From: Clostridia bacterium
GTDB taxonomy: Bacteria > Bacillota > Clostridia > Christensenellales > Aristaeellaceae
Reading direction: 5' to 3'
NCBI GenBank assembly: GCA_017552615.1
Contig: JAFZPI010000019.1
Coordinates: forward strand, 3,966 to 67,965
Length of the DNA stretch: 64,000 nucleotides
The notes under the pieces are model-generated. The model ran no database searches. It saw only the letters and a list, made by a program, of their open reading frames with translations, and was not told the DNA's origin. The position numbers and the translations under genes are program-made. How positions within the stretch are numbered: position 1 is the first letter of the stretch; every line of letters begins with the position of its first letter. Shown here piece after piece: positions 45,851-54,834 of this stretch.

Positions 45851-46783
45851 TTACGGATTCACATCTTCGCCGATCTTGTCCAGCCGATAGGGCGTGACCT
45901 GGTAGACACAGTAGTTCAACCAGTTGCTGAAGAGCAGGTAGGCGTGGGCCTTCCATTGGAAGACCGGGCCTTTTTCCGGGTCGTCGTCGCGGTAATAGTG
46001 AACGGGGAGTTCCGGATTAATGCCTTTTTTCAGGTCGCGGCGGTATTCCGCGTCAAGGGTCATGCGGCTGTATTCCGGATGCCCGCAGATGAACAGGCGT
46101 CGTGCTTTTTTGTCTTGGATCAGGTAAACGCCCGCGTTGTCCGAGTCCACAAGGAGCGTCAGGTCCGGGTTTGCCATGATGTCTTCCTTGTCCACACCGG
46201 TATAGCGGCTGTGCGGCGCAAAGAAGCGGTCATTGAAGCCACGGGTAACAGGCTCGTCGACATAGAGCGTGGTGTGGCGATAGATGCCGGAGAGCTTCTT
46301 CGGCAGGGGATGCTTTTCAATGCCGTAGTGATAGTACAGTCCCGCCTGGGCGGCCCAGCAGATATGCACGGTGGAGGTCACGTGCGTGGCGCTCCAGTCC
46401 ATGATCGCGGTGAGCTCGTCCCAATAATCCACATCGGTGAAAGGCAGGTTTTCCACCGGCGCGCCGGTGATGATCAGCCCGTCGAAGCGGCGTTCGCGCA
46501 CCTCGGAAAAGGGCTTGTAGAACTGCCGGAGGTATTCTTCCGGAGTGTTCTTGTAGGTATGGGAGTCCAGCCGCAGGAAGGTCACCCGCACCTGCAGGGC
46601 GGTGTTGGAGAGCAGGCGCAGCAGCTGCAGTTCCGTATCTTCCTTGTTGGGCATGATGTTCAGGATCGCGATCTGCAGTTCGCGGATGTCCTGGGTGGCG
46701 GCCCGGTGCTCGGGCATCACGAAGATGTTCTCTTCTTCCAACCGCTGGAAGACGGGCATTTTGGAATTAATGCGAATCGGCAT
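45851..46783 (-). CDS. metA: homoserine O-acyltransferase MetA
   Basis: MPIRI...MPVFQRLEEENIFVM...ILNIMPNK...GLIITGAP...HICWAAQAG, the classic MetA pattern. Confidence 0.92.
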   Translation of the reverse strand: MPIRINSKMPVFQRLEEENIFVMPEHRAATQDIRELQIAILNIMPNKEDTELQLLRLLSNTALQVRVTFLRLDSHTYKNTPEEYLRQFYKPFSEVRERRFDGLIITGAPVENLPFTDVDYWDELTAIMDWSATHVTSTVHICWAAQAGLYYHYGIEKHPLPKKLSGIYRHTTLYVDEPVTRGFNDRFFAPHSRYTGVDKEDIMANPDLTLLVDSDNAGVYLIQDKKARRLFICGHPEYSRMTLDAEYRRDLKKGINPELPVHYYRDDDPEKGPVFQWKAHAYLLFSNWLNYCVYQVTPYRLDKIGEDVNP

Positions 46784-46813
46784 AGTGCGTTTTAGCTCCT
46801 GTTTCTGATAGCT

Positions 46814-47272
46814 TTATGGATTGGGCGCGGCGTCTTCGACTTTCCTGCAGGCCGCGACATAGTAGTTGGCGTTCCTTCGATAACCGAGGGGCCTCCAGAC
46901 GCCCTCCCCGGCGGTATCCGCGATGGCGACATAGCCGCAGTCGGGGCAGAGCGTGGGCAACGCCCGGAGAAAGCGGTCGCCGCAGCCGCCGGCCCGGAAG
47001 GGGCGGTCCACGTAGAACTCCTGCAGCAGCAGGGTCTCGCAGTTCTGGGCGGGGTCGTAACCGCGGCTGAGCATGGCGTATCCGGCGAGGGTCTGGTCTT
47101 CAAAGACCACGAAGCCTTCCAGATGGGGGTACTCCCCGGCGCAGCGCTCCAAACTGTCCCAGAGCTGTGCGTCCGTCACCGTCCCGGCTCCGATCCGCCG
47201 GTCATAGAACTCCCGCATCAGCGAGAACACCGGCAGCGCGTCCCAGGGCTGCATTTTCCGCCAAGTCGTCAC
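46814..47272 (-). CDS. GNAT-family N-acetyltransferase
   Basis: Small acetyltransferase-like ORF (RKMQPWDALPVFSLMREFY...RPFRAGGCGDRFL). The start is uncertain. I prefer the GTG at 47272, preceded by GGAGGGAGG. The track ORF extends to 47299. Confidence 0.6.
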   Translation of the reverse strand: MTTWRKMQPWDALPVFSLMREFYDRRIGAGTVTDAQLWDSLERCAGEYPHLEGFVVFEDQTLAGYAMLSRGYDPAQNCETLLLQEFYVDRPFRAGGCGDRFLRALPTLCPDCGYVAIADTAGEGVWRPLGYRRNANYYVAACRKVEDAAPNP

Positions 47273-47338
47273 CCTCCGGCCTCCCTCCGCAAGTCTCACC
47301 TTTTATCATACACGATTTATCGGAAAATTGGAAGAGCC

Positions 47339-47362
47339 AAAAAGCGGCGCGAGGCCGCCTTT
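47339..47362 (-). terminator. short GC hairpin plus T5 after the GH28 gene
   Basis: Reverse strand reads GGCGGC ctcgc GCCGC TTTTT. Confidence 0.5.
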
Positions 47363-47386
47363 GCGTTGAGTGACTGTGAGATTGTT

Positions 47387-48898
47387 TTATTTTCGCCATT
47401 CTACCGGTTTTCCATTTGCGCCTGTAATCAGGACATCTTCCATCTCAAGTTGTTCAGTATTTTCAGCAATTAGACCCGTGCCGGAGAGCTTCGGTACCCC
47501 ATCCGCCATTGCCGGTTGAATTGCCGGAGCCTCGGAATCAACATCAATCCGTACGTGTTCCAGTGCAATCCGCTCCACCGGTTTCTCCGGGAGACCGAGA
47601 ACATAGCCCGCGCAGGAAGCGCCGGTCGCTTCCACATCGCGGAAGGTGATCGTGCCGATGCTGGGTGTGGTTTCATCCACAGGCTGTTTATCGCGGCTCT
47701 GAACCCAGGCGCTGTGGCCGTCGGGATCGCAAAAATACAGGGTATTGACAACCAAAGGCACCCGCACGTTCTGCATGCGGACGCGCTCGAACGTGATGTT
47801 GTCAATCACACCCTGCTCGCCGCGGCCGCGGCGGGTCTTGATCCGCAGACCCCGGTCGGTATTGCGCATCAGGCAGTCCCGAACGCGGATGTTCCGCACA
47901 CCGCCAGCCATTTCGCTGCCCACGGTCACACCGCCGTGACCGTTTTCCATCAGGCAATGGATGATATCGATGTCCTCGCAGGGGGTCTTGAAATGCTGGC
48001 CCATCCAGATCTTGCCACTCTTGATGGCGATGCAGTCATCGCCAAGGGAGAAATGCGTTCCGGCCATCAGAATGCCCTTGCAGCTCTCCGGGTCAAAGCC
48101 GTCGGTATTGGGGCTGTCCGCGGGGGCGAGAATGGTCAGGTTCAGGAAGCGAAGATCCTGGGAAAAGTACGGATGTAAGTTCCAGCAGGGGGAGTTGCGA
48201 ATTGTCAACCCCTGCAGGGTGATGTCCCGGCAGCGGTTAAGAAAGACCATCCGCGGGCGCCACGCGCCGCGCTTGGTGCGGTGTTCTTTCCACCAGTCGC
48301 TTTGGTCTGCGCCGCCGTCCAGCACACCCTCGCCGAAGATTTCCACGTCCTCGCAGTCCACACCGGTCAGGAGGGAGGCGAAAGTATCAAGCGGGTTGCC
48401 TTCCCAGGAACCGAGACTGAAGTCGGTTTTTTCATCTGTGGATTGGGTCAGCCCCGGTAGGATGGGAAAACGTGTCCTGTCTGTTTCGAGATGTAGGGTC
48501 GCGCCTTTGCGGAGCTCGATGCGGATGTGGCTCTTGAGGAAGAGCGGACCGGTGCGCCAGTCCCCGTCGGGAATCAGGACACGGCCGCTGGCAGGGCAGC
48601 AGGCGATGGCGGCCTGAATGGCAGCGGTATCGTCGTGCGCGCCGTCCCCCACCGCGCCGAAGCGGCGCACGTCCATCGTGTATGTCTCCGCGGCCGTGCG
48701 GAACGCGCTCCGCTCGCCCAAGTCCGTCTCCAGGGCGTATTCGGTGTCCGGCCACAGTCCGTACAATGAAAATACGCAGGTCTCCACCGTGCCGGCGTCC
48801 GCGCCGTTCAGGATTAGTTTCCTCGGCGTTTCAAGGTCGTACAGGCCGTCTTCGATTGCGAAGCACGCGCTGCGGGTCCCGATGAACAATGGCTTCAT
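47387..48898 (-). CDS. GH28 polygalacturonase / exo-poly-alpha-galacturonosidase-like enzyme
   Basis: GH28 motifs NTDGFDPESC, GDDCIAIKSG, GHGGVTVGSE and RGLRIK. The start is moved to the ATG at 48898 (MKPLFIG). Confidence 0.88.
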   Translation of the reverse strand: MKPLFIGTRSACFAIEDGLYDLETPRKLILNGADAGTVETCVFSLYGLWPDTEYALETDLGERSAFRTAAETYTMDVRRFGAVGDGAHDDTAAIQAAIACCPASGRVLIPDGDWRTGPLFLKSHIRIELRKGATLHLETDRTRFPILPGLTQSTDEKTDFSLGSWEGNPLDTFASLLTGVDCEDVEIFGEGVLDGGADQSDWWKEHRTKRGAWRPRMVFLNRCRDITLQGLTIRNSPCWNLHPYFSQDLRFLNLTILAPADSPNTDGFDPESCKGILMAGTHFSLGDDCIAIKSGKIWMGQHFKTPCEDIDIIHCLMENGHGGVTVGSEMAGGVRNIRVRDCLMRNTDRGLRIKTRRGRGEQGVIDNITFERVRMQNVRVPLVVNTLYFCDPDGHSAWVQSRDKQPVDETTPSIGTITFRDVEATGASCAGYVLGLPEKPVERIALEHVRIDVDSEAPAIQPAMADGVPKLSGTGLIAENTEQLEMEDVLITGANGKPVEWRK

Positions 48899-48921
48899 AG
48901 GCGATTTCCTTTCGTCCGGTC

Positions 48922-49638
48922 TCAAAGAATCAGGTTGATCAGGCCGCTGACGCCGATCGTGACGTAGGTCAGCTTGCGGAGAAGTTCCGCGTTCAGCTTG
49001 TCGGCGATCCACCCCGCGATCCAGACGCCAGCGATCACGGCGGCGATCCCCACGCCGATGGGTGGAAGGTGCTCCGCGCGCAGGACGCCGGTGATCAGGC
49101 GGTACACGGTGTTGTATAGACAGTTGACGCCGAAGCAGAGCGAAATGGTCCCGAGGTACTCGCGCCTGGACTCGATAGTGCGCATGTAGTACACGACCAT
49201 CAGCGGCCCGCCGATCCCGAACAGGCCGTCGCAGGCCCCGGAGACCACGACGCAGAGCGCGGCCACGGGGAGCGGCAACTTCCGGCCGCCCGTTTTCCGG
49301 TCGAAGAACAGATAATATATCGCGAGCAGGATCAGGAAGCCGCCAAAGATCTTCTTCAGCAGCGGGCCGTCCACCCGCGAGCCGAAGTTGATGCAGACGG
49401 TACTCACGGCAAGGTAGAGCACGGAGGGCATCAGCGCCTTCTTCACGTTCACGGAGTCGCGGTACCGCCAGACCATCAGCGCGTTCAGCGCGGTGCAGAC
49501 GGCCGTAGAGATGCCCGCGGCCTGCGGAAGTGCGAAGAAGTACGGCAGGCCGAGCATCATCACGACGCTCGCGCCGAAGCCGGTCACGCCCTGCAAGACA
49601 CCGCCCGCCAGGGCCAGGGCAGCCGCGATCGCTGCCAT
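48922..49638 (-). CDS. TauE/SafE-family anion exporter-like permease
   Basis: 238 aa membrane protein, GVLQGVTGFGASVVMM...GACDGLFGIGGPLMV, the duplicated 4-TM pattern of the TauE family. AAGGAGG lies upstream. Confidence 0.75.
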   Translation of the reverse strand: MAAIAAALALAGGVLQGVTGFGASVVMMLGLPYFFALPQAAGISTAVCTALNALMVWRYRDSVNVKKALMPSVLYLAVSTVCINFGSRVDGPLLKKIFGGFLILLAIYYLFFDRKTGGRKLPLPVAALCVVVSGACDGLFGIGGPLMVVYYMRTIESRREYLGTISLCFGVNCLYNTVYRLITGVLRAEHLPPIGVGIAAVIAGVWIAGWIADKLNAELLRKLTYVTIGVSGLINLIL

Positions 49639-49660
49639 ACGAACCGCCTCCTTACACAGA

Positions 49661-50758
49661 TCAATACTTTGCCTGGAGGACTTCGCTGTATGCCATCAGG
49701 AAGGCTGCCACACCTTTGACCTCGTCGCAGACCCGGGGCTCGGAGAGATAGTAGGCCACGGAGCCGTCGCGCTTGTCACCCGGGCCGAGGCCGGCCACGC
49801 CGCACATGTCGCGGATATGGGACTGGCCATCTTCGCCGATGAAGAATTTGGTCTCTTCCAGGCCCTTCCATTCTTTCAGGGCGATGGGGAGATACTTTTC
49901 ACGGTCAAGGACGCGGAGACGCGCGCCTTTCAGCAGGGCGTAGCAGAGCATCGCAGAGCCTGAAGTCTCGAGATAGTTACCCTCCACATCCGCGCGGTCG
50001 ATGACCTGATGGATGAGTCCGGTCATCGGGTCCATCCAGCGGACGAGGCCCTTGATGGCTTCACGGAAGAGTTCGACGAGGTATTGCCGGTGTTCGAACA
50101 TCTGCTCGTCGCAGAAGTCGATGCAATCGATCAGCGCCATCAGGTACCAGCCCATGGCGCGGGACCAGAAATTCGCGGAGAGGCCGGTCTCCTTGTCGCA
50201 CCAGGGCTGCTGGCGGCTTTCGTCCCAGCCGTGGTAATACAAGCCTTTTTCAGGATTGTAGAGGTGTGCGCGTACAACTTTGAACTGATTCGTGATGTCG
50301 TAGAGGTCCGCGTTTTTGTTGAAACGGCGCTCGTACAGCATCCGGAAGGGCTGGGCCATGTAGAGCCCGTCCAACCAGACCTGCCAGGGGTAGATTTCCT
50401 TGTGCCAGAAGTTGCCGCATTGGCAGCGGGGATGTGTCCGCAGGCGGTTCATGTGGAACTCAATAGCGGTGTGCCAACGGGCCTCGTCGCCGGTCTCATC
50501 AAGGGCGAAGAACAGCGGCCGTCCCGGGGCGATATTGTCGATCGAATAGGCGTGGAGTTCAAAGCCTGGGATACTGCCGTCCTCCGCCACAAAGCGCTCC
50601 ATGTAATTCAGCGCGAAATCGCGGAAAAAGCTGTCTCCTGTGGCGAGATAAAGGTCGATCGCCGCGACCATGATGCAGCTGTCCTCGTAATTCCAGCCTT
50701 TTTTGTACTGTGTGTACGCACCCATGTAATCATGCGCGAATTTCAGGATGTCCGCCAT
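49661..50758 (-). CDS. GH105 unsaturated rhamnogalacturonyl hydrolase (YteR-like)
   Basis: WNYEDSCIMVAAIDLY...YYHGWDES...FWSRAMGWY...ETSGSAM, as in GH88/GH105 enzymes. Confidence 0.85.
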   Translation of the reverse strand: MADILKFAHDYMGAYTQYKKGWNYEDSCIMVAAIDLYLATGDSFFRDFALNYMERFVAEDGSIPGFELHAYSIDNIAPGRPLFFALDETGDEARWHTAIEFHMNRLRTHPRCQCGNFWHKEIYPWQVWLDGLYMAQPFRMLYERRFNKNADLYDITNQFKVVRAHLYNPEKGLYYHGWDESRQQPWCDKETGLSANFWSRAMGWYLMALIDCIDFCDEQMFEHRQYLVELFREAIKGLVRWMDPMTGLIHQVIDRADVEGNYLETSGSAMLCYALLKGARLRVLDREKYLPIALKEWKGLEETKFFIGEDGQSHIRDMCGVAGLGPGDKRDGSVAYYLSEPRVCDEVKGVAAFLMAYSEVLQAKY

Positions 50759-50849
50759 AGGCTCCTCCTCTGTCTCCCGCGGTCTGCCGCCGCGCCTCTT
50801 GCGCTATTATATGATGAATCCTGGGCTTGTGTCAATCTCGGATTGCGCC

Positions 50850-50878
50850 TTGACAAAGCAGGGGCGGATTGCTATGCT
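50850..50878 (+). promoter_or_regulatory. candidate promoter of the aminopeptidase gene
   Basis: TTGACA, 17 nt (ending in TGc), TATGCT. Confidence 0.5.
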
Positions 50879-50910
50879 CTGCATGAAAAGCGTCCTGAGG
50901 AGGGGAGACC

Positions 50911-52215
50911 ATGGAGAAAGTAGTCCGCGAATTCCTTGATTTTGCGGCAGCGTCACCCACAGCCTGGCACGCGGTGGAGACGATTGCCCGGCGTATGGAA
51001 GCGGAAGGTTGGCAACGGATTGAGGAAAACGAACGCTGGTCGTTGAAACCCGGCGGGCGGTACTTCGTAATCCGCAATGGGTCCAGCCTGATCGCTTTCA
51101 TCCTTCCGGAGGATAAACCCGCAAGCTTCCGGATGACTGCGGCGCACGGGGATTCCCCGACCTTCCGGATCAAGGCAGTACCGGAGATGAAGGCCCTCGG
51201 CCATTACACCCAGCTCGACACGGAGCCCTACGGCGGGATGATTATGTCCACCTGGCTGGACCGCCCCCTCTCGATCGCAGGCCGGTTGCTGGTTCGGGAA
51301 GGCGATCGCCTTGTAACCCGCCTTGTGGCTCCTGACCGTGATTTATGTGTGATCCCCAACGTGCCGATCCATTTCAACCGCGAGGTCAATAACGGCTATA
51401 CTTGGAAGCCCCAGGTGGACCTGGTGCCCCTGTGGGGGAGTAAGGACGCTCCGTCCCTGATGCAGGTCATAGCTGATGAAGCCGGATGCACGCTGGAGGA
51501 CATCGCGGGTTATGACCTCTGTCTCGTGAACCGTGTTCCAGGTTGTGTCTGGGGTCCTGAAAACGATTATCTGTCTGCCGGAAGGCTGGACGATCTGGAA
51601 TGTGCCTGGGCTTGCGTCGAAAGCCTGTTGGCCTCCGAGGCTAAAGGCCATGTGAATCTCTGCTGTGTTTTCGACAACGAGGAAGTCGGCAGCGGAACCC
51701 GGCAAGGCGCGGACAGTTCCTTCCTGGAGGATGTCCTGGACCGCATTGCATTATCCCTGGGCTGTGACAACGAGGAGAAAAAGCGTCTCCTGGCGGCCAG
51801 TCTGATGGTTTCCGCCGACAATGCCCACGCCTGCCATCCCAATCATCCGGAGCTCTTTGACAATGTGAACCGCGTGTGGATGAACGAAGGTGTGGTCATC
51901 AAGCATAATGCCCGTCAGAAGTACACGACGGATGCGGTGACCTCTGCTTTGTTCAGTGAGATCTGCAAAAAGGCAGGAGTCCCGGTGCAACACTACGCCA
52001 ACCGCTCGGACCTCCCCGGAGGCGGCACGCTTGGCAACATCTCCAATCGCCATGTGTCCGTGCCCTCGGTGGACATCGGCCTTGCACAGCTTGCCATGCA
52101 TTCCGCTTGGGAAACCGCTGGCGCACTGGATCTCCCGCTGATGACGAAAGCCCTTCGCGTTTACTATGAGCAGGATATTACATTGGTGCGGGATGGGGTG
52201 TACCGCCTTGGCTGA
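50911..52215 (+). CDS. M18-family aminopeptidase
   Basis: FLDFAAASPTAWHAVE N-terminus, AAHGDSPTFRIK, FDNEEVGS, SADNAHACHPN and the HS..E C-terminal motif. Confidence 0.88.
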   Translation: MEKVVREFLDFAAASPTAWHAVETIARRMEAEGWQRIEENERWSLKPGGRYFVIRNGSSLIAFILPEDKPASFRMTAAHGDSPTFRIKAVPEMKALGHYTQLDTEPYGGMIMSTWLDRPLSIAGRLLVREGDRLVTRLVAPDRDLCVIPNVPIHFNREVNNGYTWKPQVDLVPLWGSKDAPSLMQVIADEAGCTLEDIAGYDLCLVNRVPGCVWGPENDYLSAGRLDDLECAWACVESLLASEAKGHVNLCCVFDNEEVGSGTRQGADSSFLEDVLDRIALSLGCDNEEKKRLLAASLMVSADNAHACHPNHPELFDNVNRVWMNEGVVIKHNARQKYTTDAVTSALFSEICKKAGVPVQHYANRSDLPGGGTLGNISNRHVSVPSVDIGLAQLAMHSAWETAGALDLPLMTKALRVYYEQDITLVRDGVYRLG

Positions 52216-52237
52216 GCTGATGGGTGGGGAAATCCCC

Positions 52238-52903
52238 ATGCGTGTCATTGCCCGTGCTCGCAATGCATACACCGACAAATTCGCTGTGCCGCGGCAGCCG
52301 GGCCTCGTGCCGGAGGTTCTCACCGGAATCGAGTTCGAGCCGGAGTACCGCAATCCGGATGCCCTGCGCGGGATCGCAGGTTTCAGTCACTTGTGGCTGA
52401 TCTGGGTTTTTGACCGTGCCATGCGGGAAGACTGGTCCTCGACTGTGCGGCCGCCGCGCCTCGGCGGCAACCAGCGCATGGGTGTTTTCGCAACGAGAAG
52501 CCCGTTCCGGCCAAATCCCATTGGGTTGAGCTGTGTGAGACTGGAAACAGTGGAGGATGGCGCTCTCCTTGTCGCCGGAGCAGACTTGGCTGACGGCACG
52601 CCAATCCTTGACATCAAACCCTACCTGCCGTATTCCGACAGTAAGCCGGAAGCCCAAACGGGCTATGTCTCAAATCTGCCGGAAAAAAGATTAAGCGTGA
52701 ACTGCGAAGAGGAATTGCTCAAAGAACTGCCTTCAGAACATCGGAATGGCTTGCTGAGCGTACTCTCCCGCGATCCGCGGCCTGCGTATCAGAACGATCC
52801 CGGCCGCGTATATGGGTTTCTGTTCGCCGGGTGCAATGTGCGATTTACGGTATCGGGCGATGAACTGACAGTCGTGTCCATCGAGAAGGAGGGGAAGGCA
52901 TGA
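52238..52903 (+). CDS. trmO: tRNA m6t6A37 methyltransferase TrmO (TsaA-like)
   Basis: FAVPRQPG, GFSHLWLIWVF, GVFATRSPFRPNPIGLS and ILDIKPYLPY motifs. The start could be 52220 or 52238. Confidence 0.8.
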   Translation: MRVIARARNAYTDKFAVPRQPGLVPEVLTGIEFEPEYRNPDALRGIAGFSHLWLIWVFDRAMREDWSSTVRPPRLGGNQRMGVFATRSPFRPNPIGLSCVRLETVEDGALLVAGADLADGTPILDIKPYLPYSDSKPEAQTGYVSNLPEKRLSVNCEEELLKELPSEHRNGLLSVLSRDPRPAYQNDPGRVYGFLFAGCNVRFTVSGDELTVVSIEKEGKA

Positions 52904-53850
52904 CGGATTACGCAGCCTTGCTTGCCGAGCGCTTTCCCATCCGCAAGACCGCGGAGCAGCGGCAAGCCTTTCAGGAATGGCTGACAGCTGAATTGAAGTC
53001 CCTTGGATACAAAGCGAAAGAGGAAACCAACGGACATTTTAAGGCGCACAACATCCTGGTGGGGGATCCTGAAAAGACGGCTGTTCTTTTCGTGACGCAT
53101 ATGGACACGCCGGCGCGATGGCTCCTGCCGGATATGCTGTTTCCCAGAAACTACTTTCTTTGGGGAATGTGGCAGCTCCTGCACATGGGGTTACTTCTGA
53201 TTCCGACGGTATTGGTTTACCTTGGCATCTGGCAGATTTACGGGCAGAACGCGCAACTGGGACTGTGGGGACTGGTGCTGACCTATCTGGCGCTGCTTCT
53301 GCTGAGCCAGTACGGACCGGCCAACCCCGTTAACAGAGGCGAAGACGCCGATCTGGCAGCGATGCTGACGCTCATGGCTTCCCTTCCGGAGGAAGACCGG
53401 GGTAAGGCCGCGTTTCTCTTTACGGATCGCGGCGCAGTGGGCGGCATGGGAGCGAAAGCCTGGGCGAAGGAACACCCGATCCCGGCGTACACGCGGCTGA
53501 CGGTGGCGTTCGCTCGGATCGGCACGGGTGATCATCTGGTCATGCCTGCCACAAAACTGGCAGTGAAATCGACGGGCTTTGGCTCTCTGGTCGGAACGTT
53601 TGAGCGGGATAGCGGACACCAGGTGGAACGGTGTTCATCGGTTGCCTGTACGATTCGGGGAGAGCGGAAAGCTTTCCGATGCGGGATGTCGATTACGGGA
53701 TGTCACCATTCATCCATACTGGGATTGTGGTGCAAGGGCGGGCATACGCCCGCGGATCGGGAACTCGACCTGGCGAACATCGAGGCCGTCAGTCGGTGCT
53801 GCGCATCATTCCTGAGCGGCTTAAAACTGAGCCGGGAAGCGCACCGATGA
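52900..53850 (+). CDS. M28-peptidase-like membrane protein (degenerate active site?)
   Basis: VLFVTHMDTP, then three hydrophobic helices, then GEDADLAAMLTLMASL, FLFTDRGAVGGMGAKAW and GGHTPADRELDLANIEAV. These resemble M28 motifs, but the usual EE pair reads DR. ATGA overlap with trmO. Confidence 0.45.
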   Translation: MTDYAALLAERFPIRKTAEQRQAFQEWLTAELKSLGYKAKEETNGHFKAHNILVGDPEKTAVLFVTHMDTPARWLLPDMLFPRNYFLWGMWQLLHMGLLLIPTVLVYLGIWQIYGQNAQLGLWGLVLTYLALLLLSQYGPANPVNRGEDADLAAMLTLMASLPEEDRGKAAFLFTDRGAVGGMGAKAWAKEHPIPAYTRLTVAFARIGTGDHLVMPATKLAVKSTGFGSLVGTFERDSGHQVERCSSVACTIRGERKAFRCGMSITGCHHSSILGLWCKGGHTPADRELDLANIEAVSRCCASFLSGLKLSREAHR

Positions 53851-53958
53851 GAATCGCGAATGAGACTTTGACATTTTGCTTGTATTTTGGACGAGAAAAC
53901 AGTATAATGCTTTTTGTCCGGTTGCGGACAGATAGGAATCGACGGATGGAGGAGCGCC

Positions 53959-54783
53959 ATGTTTAAACTACTGCTTGCCACCGACGACCCGGAGGTCTTG
54001 CAGGCTTACGGGGAGATCAATGACTGGGAGCGGCTTGGCTACAGACAGCCGCGGACCGCTTCCACCGCTGACGAGGCGACAGACAGTCTGACCCATCACC
54101 ATGCGGACGCCGTGATCATTGCCCTCCCGCCGGTGGAGGAGAAAAAGCTTCTGCATGCCATGACCTGTGAGCATTGGCATCTGCGGCCCATTCTCTCGGC
54201 CGGGCGGACCCGCGAGGAAATCCTGCGCGATCTGGTGGAACTGGAGCTCCTGCTGAGCCGGACGCATGCGGATTATTCCAACGATCCCTACAACGAGGAG
54301 ACCATGATGCAGCTCTCCCGCCACGACTTCTTCCGCAAGGTGATTGCGGGGAAGGAGCCGAACGAAGAGCATCTCCGGCATTACCTGCGCCTCCTCCGGA
54401 GCCGGATGGACCCGGATCGTCCCTGCCTGATGATGCAGTTTGAGCTACCGGACGATGACGACTATCTTTCTGCGCATTGGCACTATGGCCCGGACCGCCT
54501 CGAGACGGCCATGCGCAACATTTTCGGCGCGGAACTGAGTGGCGTGCGCTTCCTGGTGTCGGTGCTGGACGACGAGCGGATCTTCCTCCTGGCTTGCCCG
54601 ATGCTGGAGCATGAGACGCCGGACATGGATACGCTGCGCACCATCGTGCGGGAGCATGTCGAGTGGGCGATCCGTCATGTACAGGAATACCTGAACATTG
54701 ATATGAAGATCCTTTCATCCCAGGAGTATCCGAGCCTGGTGGATATGGCGCAGCAGCGCGCCCAAGCCGCGGCCGGCCAATAA
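53959..54783 (+). CDS. receiver-like (REC) domain protein without recognisable output domain
   Basis: MFKLLLATDDPEV...ADAVIIALPP resembles a CheY-like receiver. About 150 aa follow that I cannot assign. The start is moved to the ATG at 53959, preceded by GGAGGAG. Confidence 0.5.
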   Translation: MFKLLLATDDPEVLQAYGEINDWERLGYRQPRTASTADEATDSLTHHHADAVIIALPPVEEKKLLHAMTCEHWHLRPILSAGRTREEILRDLVELELLLSRTHADYSNDPYNEETMMQLSRHDFFRKVIAGKEPNEEHLRHYLRLLRSRMDPDRPCLMMQFELPDDDDYLSAHWHYGPDRLETAMRNIFGAELSGVRFLVSVLDDERIFLLACPMLEHETPDMDTLRTIVREHVEWAIRHVQEYLNIDMKILSSQEYPSLVDMAQQRAQAAAGQ

Positions 54784-54834
54784 AGTATTAAACATCGTTG
54801 AGATATAGGACCAAATAAAGCGAGGAGGCTGAAC

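Noticed and set aside
45731-46795. 354-aa ORF antisense to metA, and the similar 60890-62038 ORF antisense to ffh
   Set aside because: Same reasoning: these are shadow frames opposite highly conserved genes.
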